Of a stretch of 64,000 nt of DNA, positions 10,101-18,151 are shown one piece after another. The notes beneath the pieces were generated by a model, which was given only the letters and a program-made list of their open reading frames with translations, searched no databases and was not told the DNA's origin. The stretch covers positions 112,386 to 176,385 of the forward strand of contig JACQQD010000008.1 in the NCBI GenBank assembly GCA_016207165.1, read 5' to 3'. The translations under genes were made by a program, and so were the position numbers. This DNA comes from Candidatus Micrarchaeota archaeon (lineage in GTDB: Archaea; Micrarchaeota; Micrarchaeia; Norongarragalinales; Norongarragalinaceae). The first letter of the stretch is position 1. Each line of letters opens with the position of its first letter.

Positions 10101-12775
10101 AAAGCATTCGCGACGCGACCATTGAAACGCTCAAGAAGGAGGGTTTCACGGAGCACTCCGACGGCACCGTGTTCTCGAAGGAAGTCGACGTCCGGGGCCA
10201 GCAGGTGCTCTTGGTTCCAAAGCCGGGAGCCACAGGCTTGGCCACCCCGATCTTGGATACCGTGGCACCGGAGTTCCAGGCCTTGATTAAAGAACTTTTG
10301 CCAAACGAAGGCCGCGCCCAACGCGTTGCAACCGTGGAGGAAGCCGAAGCCCTGCTTGGGGAAAAAGGTTTGCTGGCGGATCCAACCGCCAAGACCCAGG
10401 AAGGCGGCAACCCATTTGACCCCGGCAAACTTATTGAAGATCAAGCCGCCAAGGCCGAGCCCAATGCTCGTGAAGTGGCCGAGGAACAACGCCGGCTTGC
10501 GGAAGAGCAATCCAAAGTCGAACCGGTGCGCGCTCCAGTGCAAACCCAGGATGGGGTGTGGGAGGTTTCGGAAGGCCGTGGGTTGACTGTCGGTCGACTG
10601 ACCGCCAACCGAGTCGTTCTTCCATCCGAGTCCATTGCCCGCCGGCAAGGAACCTTTTCCGCGGATTCAAAGGACGGCGTCTTTTACGTCAACACTGGTT
10701 CAACGAGCGGATACAGGGTTATTCGGGGCCGCAACGAGCAGGAGTATCCGGGGAGCCACACGGAACCCGTTTCGCTTAAGGCGGGGGACTCCGTTGTATT
10801 CGCGGACGGTTCCCGCGTCGTCGTGGACTCTTATTCGCCGAAATCCGGTTCCGGGCCTGCGGTGGCCCGCTTCCGCGTTGAACCCGCGGAAACGTCTACG
10901 TCGCCCACCCTGGAAACTCTTCCGAGGACGAAAGGTGGTTCGTATTCGATTACGGGTTGCGCCGTTTGCCTGACGCAAAATCCGTTGGCCAGGGATTTCC
11001 TGGTTGACGAGGGCCAGAAGGCTTCGGTCGGACGCCAGGAAGGCAACACGATCATGTTTGAAAATGCGCATGTTAGCCGCGAGCAAGGAAGGTTCGACGT
11101 GGGCGCGCTGGGCGTTACTTACACGAACTTGGGCAGGTCGAACTTCTTTGCCGCTGTAATCGGGGGCCGCCGCCATGATTTTCCTCCGACGCACGGCGAG
11201 CCCATTTTGCTTGGCCCGTTTGATTCCATTCTTTACTTGAACGGCGAAAAAATCGTCGGCAGCATTACCGTTCAAGAGTTCGCGAAAGCCGCGTCGACGG
11301 GCAGTTCCCGGCTTTTGTTGCGCGTGGAGCGCGCTGGCTTCACTTCAACTCCGGAAACAGAGGGGGGGCCCGCAGTGACTCCGGAAAAAGCCGAGGCCAA
11401 CCGCGAGGCGTTTGAAAAGCCACCGGCGCGTGCGTCCGGCGCCAAGCCCAAACTTGAAGTGAAAAAAGCCGGAGTGGCCGAACAGGCCAAAGTGGGGGAA
11501 ACGGTATCCCAAGATTCTCTTTTGAGCATAGAACAAGGTGACCGGTCGGTGGATGTCGTCGCAGATGGCGTAGGCGGCGCGCTTGGAGGCAGAGTCGCGT
11601 CGCAAGCCTTTGTAAATGGGATTAATACCCGCTTTCCAGAAATGACGGATCAACTTTCGTTGGAAGAAGCCTTTAATGGAGCTGCAGGAGACACCGTCAG
11701 CGCGTTACGCCCTGTTTTAGAAGCAAACAAGTTTGACCGTGAGACTGGCGAGCCGTTGAATCCGCAGGGCGGCACCACGGCGTTGGTTCTTCTGATCAAC
11801 GGACGTAAAGCGCACCTCGCGGGCATCGGGGATGGTGCGTTGTTTATGATTCGCGGCGGTAATATTGAACTGTTATCGGAAATACACAACGACGCGTACG
11901 GCGCCCGCGGTCAGGTTGCGGGTTTGAGACCTGAGGACGCTTTCGTTGACAGAACCGAAGCCGGCGTAAATACGATGCGTAACTCCATTACCCGATCGAT
12001 TGACGCCGGGATATACGACGGGGAGTTCGAATCCTCTCAAGGCATCCCTCGGGGTCAGCATTTCTCTCGTGAATTCTCCGTACAAGACGGCGACCGGTTT
12101 ATTCTCGTTTCAGATGGCGTGGCGGATGTGGTCACGCCGACCGAGATTCGCGAGATTGGCAGACGGGGTACGCCGGAACAAGCCGCCCAAGCAATCTTGG
12201 CCTTGGCCCGACAGCGCATCTCCGGCCGGCATGAAGGCAACTTTGAAGGTCGCAAAATTCCCATCGACGGCAAGAACGACGACATTTCCGTCATCGTGCG
12301 GGATGTCGGCGAGCGGCCGGCTTCTGAGGAATCCTCTTCGGAGCCTTCGCGGTCCGAACCTGCGGTGGCGCGTTCGGCTCCTCCGGCAAGCATGGATTTG
12401 GAGCCGTTTACCCGGCTGATGCCTGCTGGGCCGACTTATTCCATTCGCATTGGCCGCGACGCCGTAAATGATGTGGTGTTGCCCAATGACTTCGTCAGCC
12501 GCTATCAGGGGGTGTTGCATTCGGATTCCTCCGGTCGGTTGTTTTACGAAAACGAAGGCGGATCCAATTCGTTTTGGCTTGGTCGTGGAGGCAGTTTGAC
12601 GGAGTTGTCGGGTCGCCGAACCATTGAACTGCGTGTTTTAGACTCGATTTTCTTTGCCGATGGAAGCCGAGTGTACTTCCGTCACCTTAACCCCGCTTAC
12701 CCCGGTTCGCTGCCAAGCGCGGTTTTCGACTTTTTCCCGAAATCCGTGGATGCCCCCGAATTTCAACCGACGTGA
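7193..12775 (+). CDS. Giant (1860 aa) signal-peptide protein with multiple FHA domains and a PP2C-type Ser/Thr phosphatase domain
   Basis: N-terminus MRFFVFIVFLVLAGLASSAAF. FHA-like segments at ~10.57-10.80 kb, ~10.95-11.26 kb and ~12.43-12.70 kb (IGRDAVNDVVLPNDFVSRYQGVLH). PP2C motifs DGVGG, GGTTA, GDGALF, SDGVADV and NDDISVIV at ~11.53-12.30 kb. Start is 4 nt after the stop of the upstream gene. Confidence 0.7.
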   Translation: MRFFVFIVFLVLAGLASSAAFDLANQPKVSVYIGSDASVPHASGGASYAFRLAGPAVVGPKGIEAKIQATRSGQAECPGTIKVNTQEQYACNTVCIRLIGYRTQAAIDADSASGQQPLSQEDAIGEHAFMQIGLKSSDGSCNVAPTAADVQALAQSSSKMTPEEQARASQSISGGYHRFLKDVSIDVALLAGIRFKRATPQYLEHPRELTDLMASLHKVEYLVFHAPTFLGVRDTVEQSQLAIRANSVELASSAIASCGAHPAFLEEFSVNGYGPSSLFSVGPSDEWIRSSYKTAASLDEAKQFLSCIGQIKGEKGYFFFDRKIDPKTITRALEDPGYTFLTEYDKSRRQEGNLDVTQADRVVFAYEFGKYLYTQKEDADAINVLSAAILEAERLRIPNVVHPQSGLGLQKDAFDTINAVLARQGREPMATLGGCLNGFLNPLIILKPLQLLKIGAKTGAVMSAGGRVIHLGFALQGGQQLIGAAQTAQESALDSTISGVCGTVMFFGGLKAGLTRAPAASTEMVRTPETGKWVSRPVIGGSKAASARALVLNKELADTPVELVVQRFTKFSSQLKPGESAGEFFVRLTVKGKELTIRVTPENHRAVLADVLHIKATLAMEKADAAQFSPSSIKEFQQALSELSKVDSEKASFYNEFNFQLNELLNAKSKEAKQSIQEKLIGLVFQLSKPENNPAKQRITFLQALPSGKAQTLDGLTPAQPPGTAQPSDRRTLTERLQAATELFKKAKEKFGRSLSRVKQFFSFKDGRRIEVPEEASSQIADAHVAASATGEAQQVVVEVLVNGKKQNMPVFVRPGGKFLSIEEIKQVAKDGKTTIAGVVRLGELVVFDTRPQNLRFLQTIRLNDLLSDSRPLPALRESVTALADAETLSTDPSSAGKSTRPGDAVQLPETRWKDALTRLGLRRNGKYDAYYLVEGAALRNGVPLRFEVTGSDNHVGFLVLKIIRNKIPESIRDATIETLKKEGFTEHSDGTVFSKEVDVRGQQVLLVPKPGATGLATPILDTVAPEFQALIKELLPNEGRAQRVATVEEAEALLGEKGLLADPTAKTQEGGNPFDPGKLIEDQAAKAEPNAREVAEEQRRLAEEQSKVEPVRAPVQTQDGVWEVSEGRGLTVGRLTANRVVLPSESIARRQGTFSADSKDGVFYVNTGSTSGYRVIRGRNEQEYPGSHTEPVSLKAGDSVVFADGSRVVVDSYSPKSGSGPAVARFRVEPAETSTSPTLETLPRTKGGSYSITGCAVCLTQNPLARDFLVDEGQKASVGRQEGNTIMFENAHVSREQGRFDVGALGVTYTNLGRSNFFAAVIGGRRHDFPPTHGEPILLGPFDSILYLNGEKIVGSITVQEFAKAASTGSSRLLLRVERAGFTSTPETEGGPAVTPEKAEANREAFEKPPARASGAKPKLEVKKAGVAEQAKVGETVSQDSLLSIEQGDRSVDVVADGVGGALGGRVASQAFVNGINTRFPEMTDQLSLEEAFNGAAGDTVSALRPVLEANKFDRETGEPLNPQGGTTALVLLINGRKAHLAGIGDGALFMIRGGNIELLSEIHNDAYGARGQVAGLRPEDAFVDRTEAGVNTMRNSITRSIDAGIYDGEFESSQGIPRGQHFSREFSVQDGDRFILVSDGVADVVTPTEIREIGRRGTPEQAAQAILALARQRISGRHEGNFEGRKIPIDGKNDDISVIVRDVGERPASEESSSEPSRSEPAVARSAPPASMDLEPFTRLMPAGPTYSIRIGRDAVNDVVLPNDFVSRYQGVLHSDSSGRLFYENEGGSNSFWLGRGGSLTELSGRRTIELRVLDSIFFADGSRVYFRHLNPAYPGSLPSAVFDFFPKSVDAPEFQPT

Positions 12776-12905
12776 ATTCCTGAGGGGTAGAAGCGTTCCG
12801 GTTCATTTTGTGATAATGAACGAGTATAATTCGAGCCAATTCAGCTTTTTTGTATGATTCAAGATATCAAAAATGATGTCTTTTTCCGTTTGGGTCGCCG
12901 CGACG

Positions 12906-13655
12906 TCATTTCGGCATTTTCTGGATGGCGAGGCGGGCGGCGTCATCAAAATCCACGGGGTTGGGGCTCAAGGCGTTCATTTCCGTTTTCCAGATTTTTT
13001 CGGTTTGCCGTACGCGTTTTTGGAATTCATTGGCGTTGAAGGTTTTTTCGTAGTACGTCAGTTTGCCGTTGACGAGTTCTTTGTCGGGGACGGCGTTTCT
13101 TCGTAAAAGAAAGTAGAGGTCGTACAGGTCGCGGGCGGATTGGCGGGTGAGGATGGCGCGGATTTTTTCGGCGGCGATTTCCGTTGCGTCCATGGTCTTG
13201 AGTGCGTAGGGGAACACGTCGGGATACGGCGGTTGAATGCTGGTGATGACGGGTTCCAGACGCGTTTTTTCGCGTAGGCTGAATTCAAGTTGCACCGTGC
13301 ATTCGCTGATGGGTTTTCCCATGTAAAGCGGGCCGCGGACGCGCAGTTTGGCGGTTTTCGAAACGGGGGTTTGACTGGTTTTCCACGTGGGTTCGGAAAA
13401 GCCCGCTGAAGCCAAAAACGCGGAGGCATTATCTGCGTCGGGTTGTTCTTCCTGGTCCGCCAGCGTAAAGTCCAAGTCCTCGGAGTAGCGGGGAAGCTGG
13501 AAGGCTTTCTGGAGGCAGGTGCCTCCCTTGAAGACGCCGGCAAACCCGGTGCGCGACAAGTACGACAAAAGCCAGTGCTGGACGTAGTCTTTCTCTTTTT
13601 GGCCTAATGTGAATCCCGGCGGCCCGTATTGGTCGAGTCCTTTCCGGTCAAGCAT
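12906..13655 (-). CDS. abiEii: AbiEii-type nucleotidyltransferase toxin (DUF1814)
   Basis: 249 aa. GGTCLQKAF..YSEDLDF nucleotidyltransferase motif. Overlaps the upstream AbiEi-like gene by 8 nt. Confidence 0.65.
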   Translation of the reverse strand: MLDRKGLDQYGPPGFTLGQKEKDYVQHWLLSYLSRTGFAGVFKGGTCLQKAFQLPRYSEDLDFTLADQEEQPDADNASAFLASAGFSEPTWKTSQTPVSKTAKLRVRGPLYMGKPISECTVQLEFSLREKTRLEPVITSIQPPYPDVFPYALKTMDATEIAAEKIRAILTRQSARDLYDLYFLLRRNAVPDKELVNGKLTYYEKTFNANEFQKRVRQTEKIWKTEMNALSPNPVDFDDAARLAIQKMPK

Positions 13656-14214
13656 GGCGCATCAGGTTTTTCAGGCGTTTGTTGGCGGCGGCGCTGGACA
13701 AGTAAGGCGGAATTTTTCCGGCTTTGACGTGGGCCAGTGCTTCCATGATGATGGCCGCCGGACAGCTTTTGGGGATGCTGATGGCGTCGGCCACGGCTTT
13801 TTCGGGTGTGGCCAGGAACAGGTTGTCTTTTTTCTCGTAGGCCCGGAACTGGTTTTTAGGGACGCGGTATTCCTGGACGGGTGTTCCAAGGACCTGATAC
13901 TTTTTTGCGTTGCGCGTGACGGCAAGCTGGATGGTGCGGTGGGGTTGTGTGGTCAATCCGTGCAAGTGCAATGCGGTGTGGAAAGACACGTAGGCGGGGG
14001 TTGAAATCTCGCAGGCAACGGCTTCATGCATGGCATCGGAAAACGCCCACCAACCGCGATGGACCAAAAAAAGGACGCCTTTTTTGTGGAGGCGATGCAG
14101 GTGCAGACGCGCGTACGCCGGGTTTTGGGCCAAGGCGACGAATTCTTTGGTGCGGAAGGCGGCGCGCCCGGAACCCCGAAGAATTTCTATGATTTTATTG
14201 CTTTTCATTATCAA
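13648..14214 (-). CDS. abiEi: AbiEi-like antitoxin/transcriptional regulator
   Basis: 188 aa. Gene order and overlap with the AbiEii gene. N-terminal wHTH-like region. Confidence 0.55.
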   Translation of the reverse strand: MIMKSNKIIEILRGSGRAAFRTKEFVALAQNPAYARLHLHRLHKKGVLFLVHRGWWAFSDAMHEAVACEISTPAYVSFHTALHLHGLTTQPHRTIQLAVTRNAKKYQVLGTPVQEYRVPKNQFRAYEKKDNLFLATPEKAVADAISIPKSCPAAIIMEALAHVKAGKIPPYLSSAAANKRLKNLMRHA

Positions 14215-14320
14215 AAATGATAACGAAATAGTATAAAAACGTTTTCATGGGGGTTTGGTGTGGGAATCGGCTTCCGACGCCCTTTCCGCCTGATGCGGGC
14301 TTGGCCGTCCATGGCCTGCT

Positions 14321-15433
14321 TCAGGGTAAGTAGATTTTTTCGTAGGCTTTCGTGGTGTTATCCCAGTTGAATTGCTTGAGGACTTTCTTTCGGCCGTTTC
14401 GACCGAATTTCTTGGAGGTTTTCGGGTCGGCCAAAAGTTCGTTGGTTTTTTGGGCCAGGAGCTTCGGGTTTTTCGGTGGAACCAAGAAGCCGTTTTGGTT
14501 TTGGTCCACGACTTCGGGAATGCCGCCGGTTGTGGTTGAAACTACGGGTTTTCCGGAGGCCATGGCTTCAAGCAAAACCATGCCGAAGGGCTCCCACAGT
14601 GAGGGAAGGACGAAGACGTCGCAGGCGGCGTAGTATTGGGCGATCACGTCTTCGGACAGCTCGTCGGTGATGAAGGTGACGGGCGCCTTCTTTTTTTTCG
14701 CGTATTTTTTCAGGGTTTTTTCAAGGGGCCCGCGTCCAATGATGACGGTGTCGGCGTTGATTTCCAGGGAGGCGTCGATGAGGTATTTGAGGCCTTTTTG
14801 TTTGACGAGGCGTGCGACGCACAAGACGAATGGTTTTTCGTGGGGTGCGTTTGGGGTTTGTTTTCTCGGTTTGAAGACGTGGGCGTCAACTCCGTTGTAG
14901 GCCACGGCCTTTTTTCCGTGGAATTTTTTGGGGAGGGTGATGTCCAGCGTGTTTTGGCTGACTCCGAGGATTCCGGTGCACGCGTTCATTACAGTTGAAC
15001 CTATGGTGTCGTCAAAGGCTTGGCCCCAAAAGTCGGTGGCCACGTCAATGCCTGTGGTTCGGGCGTTGTGCAGGGTCAAGTACAAGGGAACGCCGTATTT
15101 TTTGGAGGCGGCCACTAGGTCCAGTCCATAAAAGAATCGGTTGTGGGCGTGGACGAGGTCCATGTGCGGCAAAAGTTTGGCGAGGTCTTTGGCGTGGTCC
15201 GGCATGATGGGGATGGGTGGGACGAGGGGTTGGGGTAAGTCTTCCAGGACCCAGGCGTTGGAGCGTACTAAGTGCATGCCGTGAAGGTCCTCTTTTTTTG
15301 GGGTGTTGGGCAGCTTTGCGGTCAGGACCGTGACGTCGTGGTTCTTGGAGAGCCGTTTGCCGACTTCCAGGACGTGTTTTTCGGTGCCGCCTTGGTAGGG
15401 GGAAAAAAAGGGGTTGAGCATGAGGATGCGCAT
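14321..15433 (-). CDS. Glycosyltransferase family 4
   Basis: GT4 signature EPFGMVLLEAMASGKPVV. Probable true start MRILMLNPFF at 15433. The longer ORF to 15523 adds a non-conserved N-terminal extension. Confidence 0.7.
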   Translation of the reverse strand: MRILMLNPFFSPYQGGTEKHVLEVGKRLSKNHDVTVLTAKLPNTPKKEDLHGMHLVRSNAWVLEDLPQPLVPPIPIMPDHAKDLAKLLPHMDLVHAHNRFFYGLDLVAASKKYGVPLYLTLHNARTTGIDVATDFWGQAFDDTIGSTVMNACTGILGVSQNTLDITLPKKFHGKKAVAYNGVDAHVFKPRKQTPNAPHEKPFVLCVARLVKQKGLKYLIDASLEINADTVIIGRGPLEKTLKKYAKKKKAPVTFITDELSEDVIAQYYAACDVFVLPSLWEPFGMVLLEAMASGKPVVSTTTGGIPEVVDQNQNGFLVPPKNPKLLAQKTNELLADPKTSKKFGRNGRKKVLKQFNWDNTTKAYEKIYLP

Positions 15434-15618
15434 GCTAATGGTGACGGTGGAATTGGATTTAAAGCGTGACGGCTGACACGGGAAGAATTGTTTGTTGGTT
15501 ATGTTTTCGTTCGTCGGTTCCATTCGCGTCGTATTCGCTTGACGTATTTACTTCCGCTTCCTTTTTCATTTTTCCAAAGTCCCGCGGCGTTGTCCATGAC
15601 TTTTTTTCTGAGTTTTAT

Positions 15619-15782
15619 AGCAAGACCGGCAAATGAAACAAACCGCTTGGCGGTTTGTTGCATGCTGCAAGCCGTTATCGGCTTGCATCATTTCACGACG
15701 AATAGGCCGGTCTTGCTAGACAGCACAGCACAAATTGCTATGGCAATTTGTGTGGCCTTGCAAATCTTAGCGATTTGCAAGA
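15619..15782. other. Block of five perfect, mutually unrelated palindromes (9-13 bp arms, 3-4 nt spacers)
   Basis: tagcaagaccggc/gccggtcttgcta (15619-15631/15707-15719). aacaaaccgcTTGgcggtttgtt (15638-15660). tgcaagccgTTATcggcttgca (15666-15687). cacaaattgcTATGgcaatttgtg (15730-15753). cttgcaaatcTTAGcgatttgcaag (15758-15782). Confidence 0.7.
15691..15725 (-). promoter_or_regulatory. Conserved intergenic motif 1 (CTGTCTAGCAA-N6-CCTATTCGTCGTGAAAT), copy upstream of GT4
   Basis: Near-identical 34 nt copy at 26000-26033 upstream of HMG-CoA synthase. Both have the same orientation relative to the downstream gene, and both are followed by a TTGCTATA box. Confidence 0.5.
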
Positions 15783-15882
15783 AACCAAGACTATTGGCTT
15801 GGGAAACTTTCTTGGTTTGCTGTATTGATGCCATCGATGTCATTTCGCGTCAAGTTCTGATGTTTTCTTCGATTTATTCGTT

Positions 15883-17136
15883 TCACACGGTGACGGTTTT
15901 TCCTTCGGTTGGAGCCGATGCGTCGAAGCCTTCGGCTTTGAGGTCCGCGACGAGGGCTTTGGCGGCGGATTCGTCGCCGTGCACGCAGAAGACGTGTTTG
16001 GGGTTGACGGCTTTCGCGTAGGCCACCAGCTCGGGGCCGGAGGCGTGCGCCGAGAACTCGAATTGGCTTACCGGGAGGTTGACTTTGTCGGAGTAGCCGT
16101 TGAACCGCACTTTTTGGCCGTTTAGAAGCGCGTAGCCGTTGGATCCAGGGGCTTGGTAGCCGGTTAACAAAACGACGCCGTTTTGGCGGTGGTTCAGAGC
16201 CTTCAAATAGGATAATGCGGGTCCGCCGTCAAGCATTCCGGCGGTGGCGATGATGACTCCGGGTTTTTTGACGGCGGCTTGGCGTTGCGTGTGGGATTCC
16301 ATGAAGCGCGTGCGTTTTACGGCGTCGCGCAAGAGGTTTGGGTTCTTGATGTAGGAGGGAAAATCCAGCATGATGTCGGTCACGGTTTTGGCCATGCCGT
16401 CCAAGTAGAAATCGGCTTGAACGCCTCTAGCTTGTAAAATGCAGAGGATTTCCTGCGCTCGGCCGATGGCGAAAGCGGGAACCAAGACGGTTTGGTTGTG
16501 GTCGACGGCGTCTTGGACTTGGTCGCAGAAGCGTTTTTCGAGTTCGTTTCGGTCGGGGTGGTCGGCTCCGCCGTACGTGCTTTCCGTGACCAGCACGTCG
16601 ACGTCGCTTTTGGGTGGCTTGGCGCCGGCGTGAAGCCGCGTGGGTTCGGGTTTGAAGTCGCCGGTGTACAAGAGCGTTTTCTTGTTTTGGATGAGGACTT
16701 GCGCGGCGCCCAGGATGTGGCCGGCGTCGAAGAACTCGAAGCGGGTGTCTTCGTAGAACGCGTATTGGGCGTTGTAGGGAAGCGGAATGGCGTGTTTGAG
16801 CAGGGTCTTGACGTCTTTGCGGTTGTAGGGTAGCGCTTTCTTGTTTAAAATCGCGATTTTTTCGGAGTCTTCCCACAACAAGTTCACCAAGGGCAATGTG
16901 GGAAAGGTGGCGAAGGCGGGGATGGGGTGGTGTTTGTAGAGGGAGGGCGCGGCGCCGGAGTGGTCCAAGTGGGCGTGGGAGAGAATGAATGCGTCGGCTC
17001 TGATTTTCGAGAAATCCGGCATGCTGTCTTCTTCCCGGATTTTCATGCCCGCGTCCAAGACGATTTTGACGTCGGATTCGACGAGAAACGCGCTTTTGCC
17101 GACTTCTTGGCAGGCGCCGATGAAGGTGAGCTTCAT
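15883..17136 (-). CDS. Beta-CASP/metallo-beta-lactamase RNA-processing nuclease (aCPSF2-like)
   Basis: 417 aa. HAHLDHSG metallo-beta-lactamase motif. Beta-CASP length and architecture. Confidence 0.75.
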   Translation of the reverse strand: MKLTFIGACQEVGKSAFLVESDVKIVLDAGMKIREEDSMPDFSKIRADAFILSHAHLDHSGAAPSLYKHHPIPAFATFPTLPLVNLLWEDSEKIAILNKKALPYNRKDVKTLLKHAIPLPYNAQYAFYEDTRFEFFDAGHILGAAQVLIQNKKTLLYTGDFKPEPTRLHAGAKPPKSDVDVLVTESTYGGADHPDRNELEKRFCDQVQDAVDHNQTVLVPAFAIGRAQEILCILQARGVQADFYLDGMAKTVTDIMLDFPSYIKNPNLLRDAVKRTRFMESHTQRQAAVKKPGVIIATAGMLDGGPALSYLKALNHRQNGVVLLTGYQAPGSNGYALLNGQKVRFNGYSDKVNLPVSQFEFSAHASGPELVAYAKAVNPKHVFCVHGDESAAKALVADLKAEGFDASAPTEGKTVTV

Positions 17137-17191
17137 TCGATTTCCAGAACGGCGGGACTGTATTTAATGCATTGCACGGTTCGTGCCCTTG

Positions 17192-17491
17192 TCAGAGGGG
17201 TGTGGCGTGTTGGAGGACGTCCTTGATGATGACTGAGGTTTTCGATACTTTTTGGAATTCGTCGGGGGTATAGCACAGCAAGTCCGCCACAATGGGCACA
17301 TCGGTGTGGCGCCAAATAAGGCCTCCCCGGTTCACGAATGGTGTTGCCTTGAATTTTTGGCTGATGATGATCAAGTCGTAGTCGGATTGGGCTTTGGCGG
17401 TGCCTTTGGCCCGGCTTCCGAACAAGTAGATTTTGGCGTCGGAAAAAAGGAGGCGTATGTCCTTCAGTAAGGCGCTTAGTTTTTCATCCAT
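17192..17491 (-). CDS. Minimal nucleotidyltransferase (MNT, pol-beta superfamily), orphan
   Basis: 99 aa. LFGSRAKGTA..SDYDL motif. No HEPN partner adjacent. Confidence 0.55.
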   Translation of the reverse strand: MDEKLSALLKDIRLLFSDAKIYLFGSRAKGTAKAQSDYDLIIISQKFKATPFVNRGGLIWRHTDVPIVADLLCYTPDEFQKVSKTSVIIKDVLQHATPL

Positions 17492-17729
17492 GTCTCAATC
17501 AGTTCCAGGCCTTCTTGTGCGTCGGCCTTTTTTTAGTAGGTTGTTGCCGGATGGCTTTTGTTTTTTCCGGTGCGCGCCTTCCAACCGTCTCTTCGTCGTT
17601 TGTCGAATTGGGTTGGCGTTTAAAGGAGGTGTCCGCGTTGTTTTCTTAAAGAGCCTTAGGCGTTTCCATGCCCGTCTTGCGGGGTTCATGGAAGGCGGTT
17701 TGGGTTTTTTTTGAAGAGGTGTTAAGGAA

Positions 17730-18098
17730 ATGGCTGGAAAAAGCATGTGGCCGATGTTGGGCGCGTACGCGTTCATCGTGGGCGTAGTGTTGGCAATCGT
17801 GTTGGGTGTATTGATTCCGCCGAACGCGTGGTTGTTGGCGGGCTTGTCCATCTTGGGGTTGCTCGTGGCGCTTTTGAACGTCACGGAAAAGGAAGTCCAC
17901 GACTACTTGTTGGCCAACGTTACGGTGATCATTGGCGCGAACGCGTTTAACGTCATGGTCACGTCTTTGGCGTCGCCGTTGGGCTTGGGTGCCATGGCGA
18001 CGACGCTGCAGACGATTACGTCGAACCTGGTGTTCTTCGTGGCTCCAGGCGCCGTTTTGGTGGCCCTCAAGGAAATCTATCAGTTGGCCCGCAACTAA
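17730..18098 (+). CDS. Small integral membrane protein (3 predicted TM)
   Basis: 122 aa, strongly hydrophobic. Confidence 0.4.
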   Translation: MAGKSMWPMLGAYAFIVGVVLAIVLGVLIPPNAWLLAGLSILGLLVALLNVTEKEVHDYLLANVTVIIGANAFNVMVTSLASPLGLGAMATTLQTITSNLVFFVAPGAVLVALKEIYQLARN

Positions 18099-18151
18099 GA
18101 AAACCGTTTGGGGGGCGTTTTGCCCCCGATTCTCTTTTTTCCGTTCTTTTT

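Noticed and set aside
16427-16876. 149-aa Arg-rich ORF inside the aCPSF gene, and similar RP-rich ORFs inside PMK, MVD and PEP synthase
   Set aside because: These are antisense or off-frame artefacts of GC-rich coding sequence.
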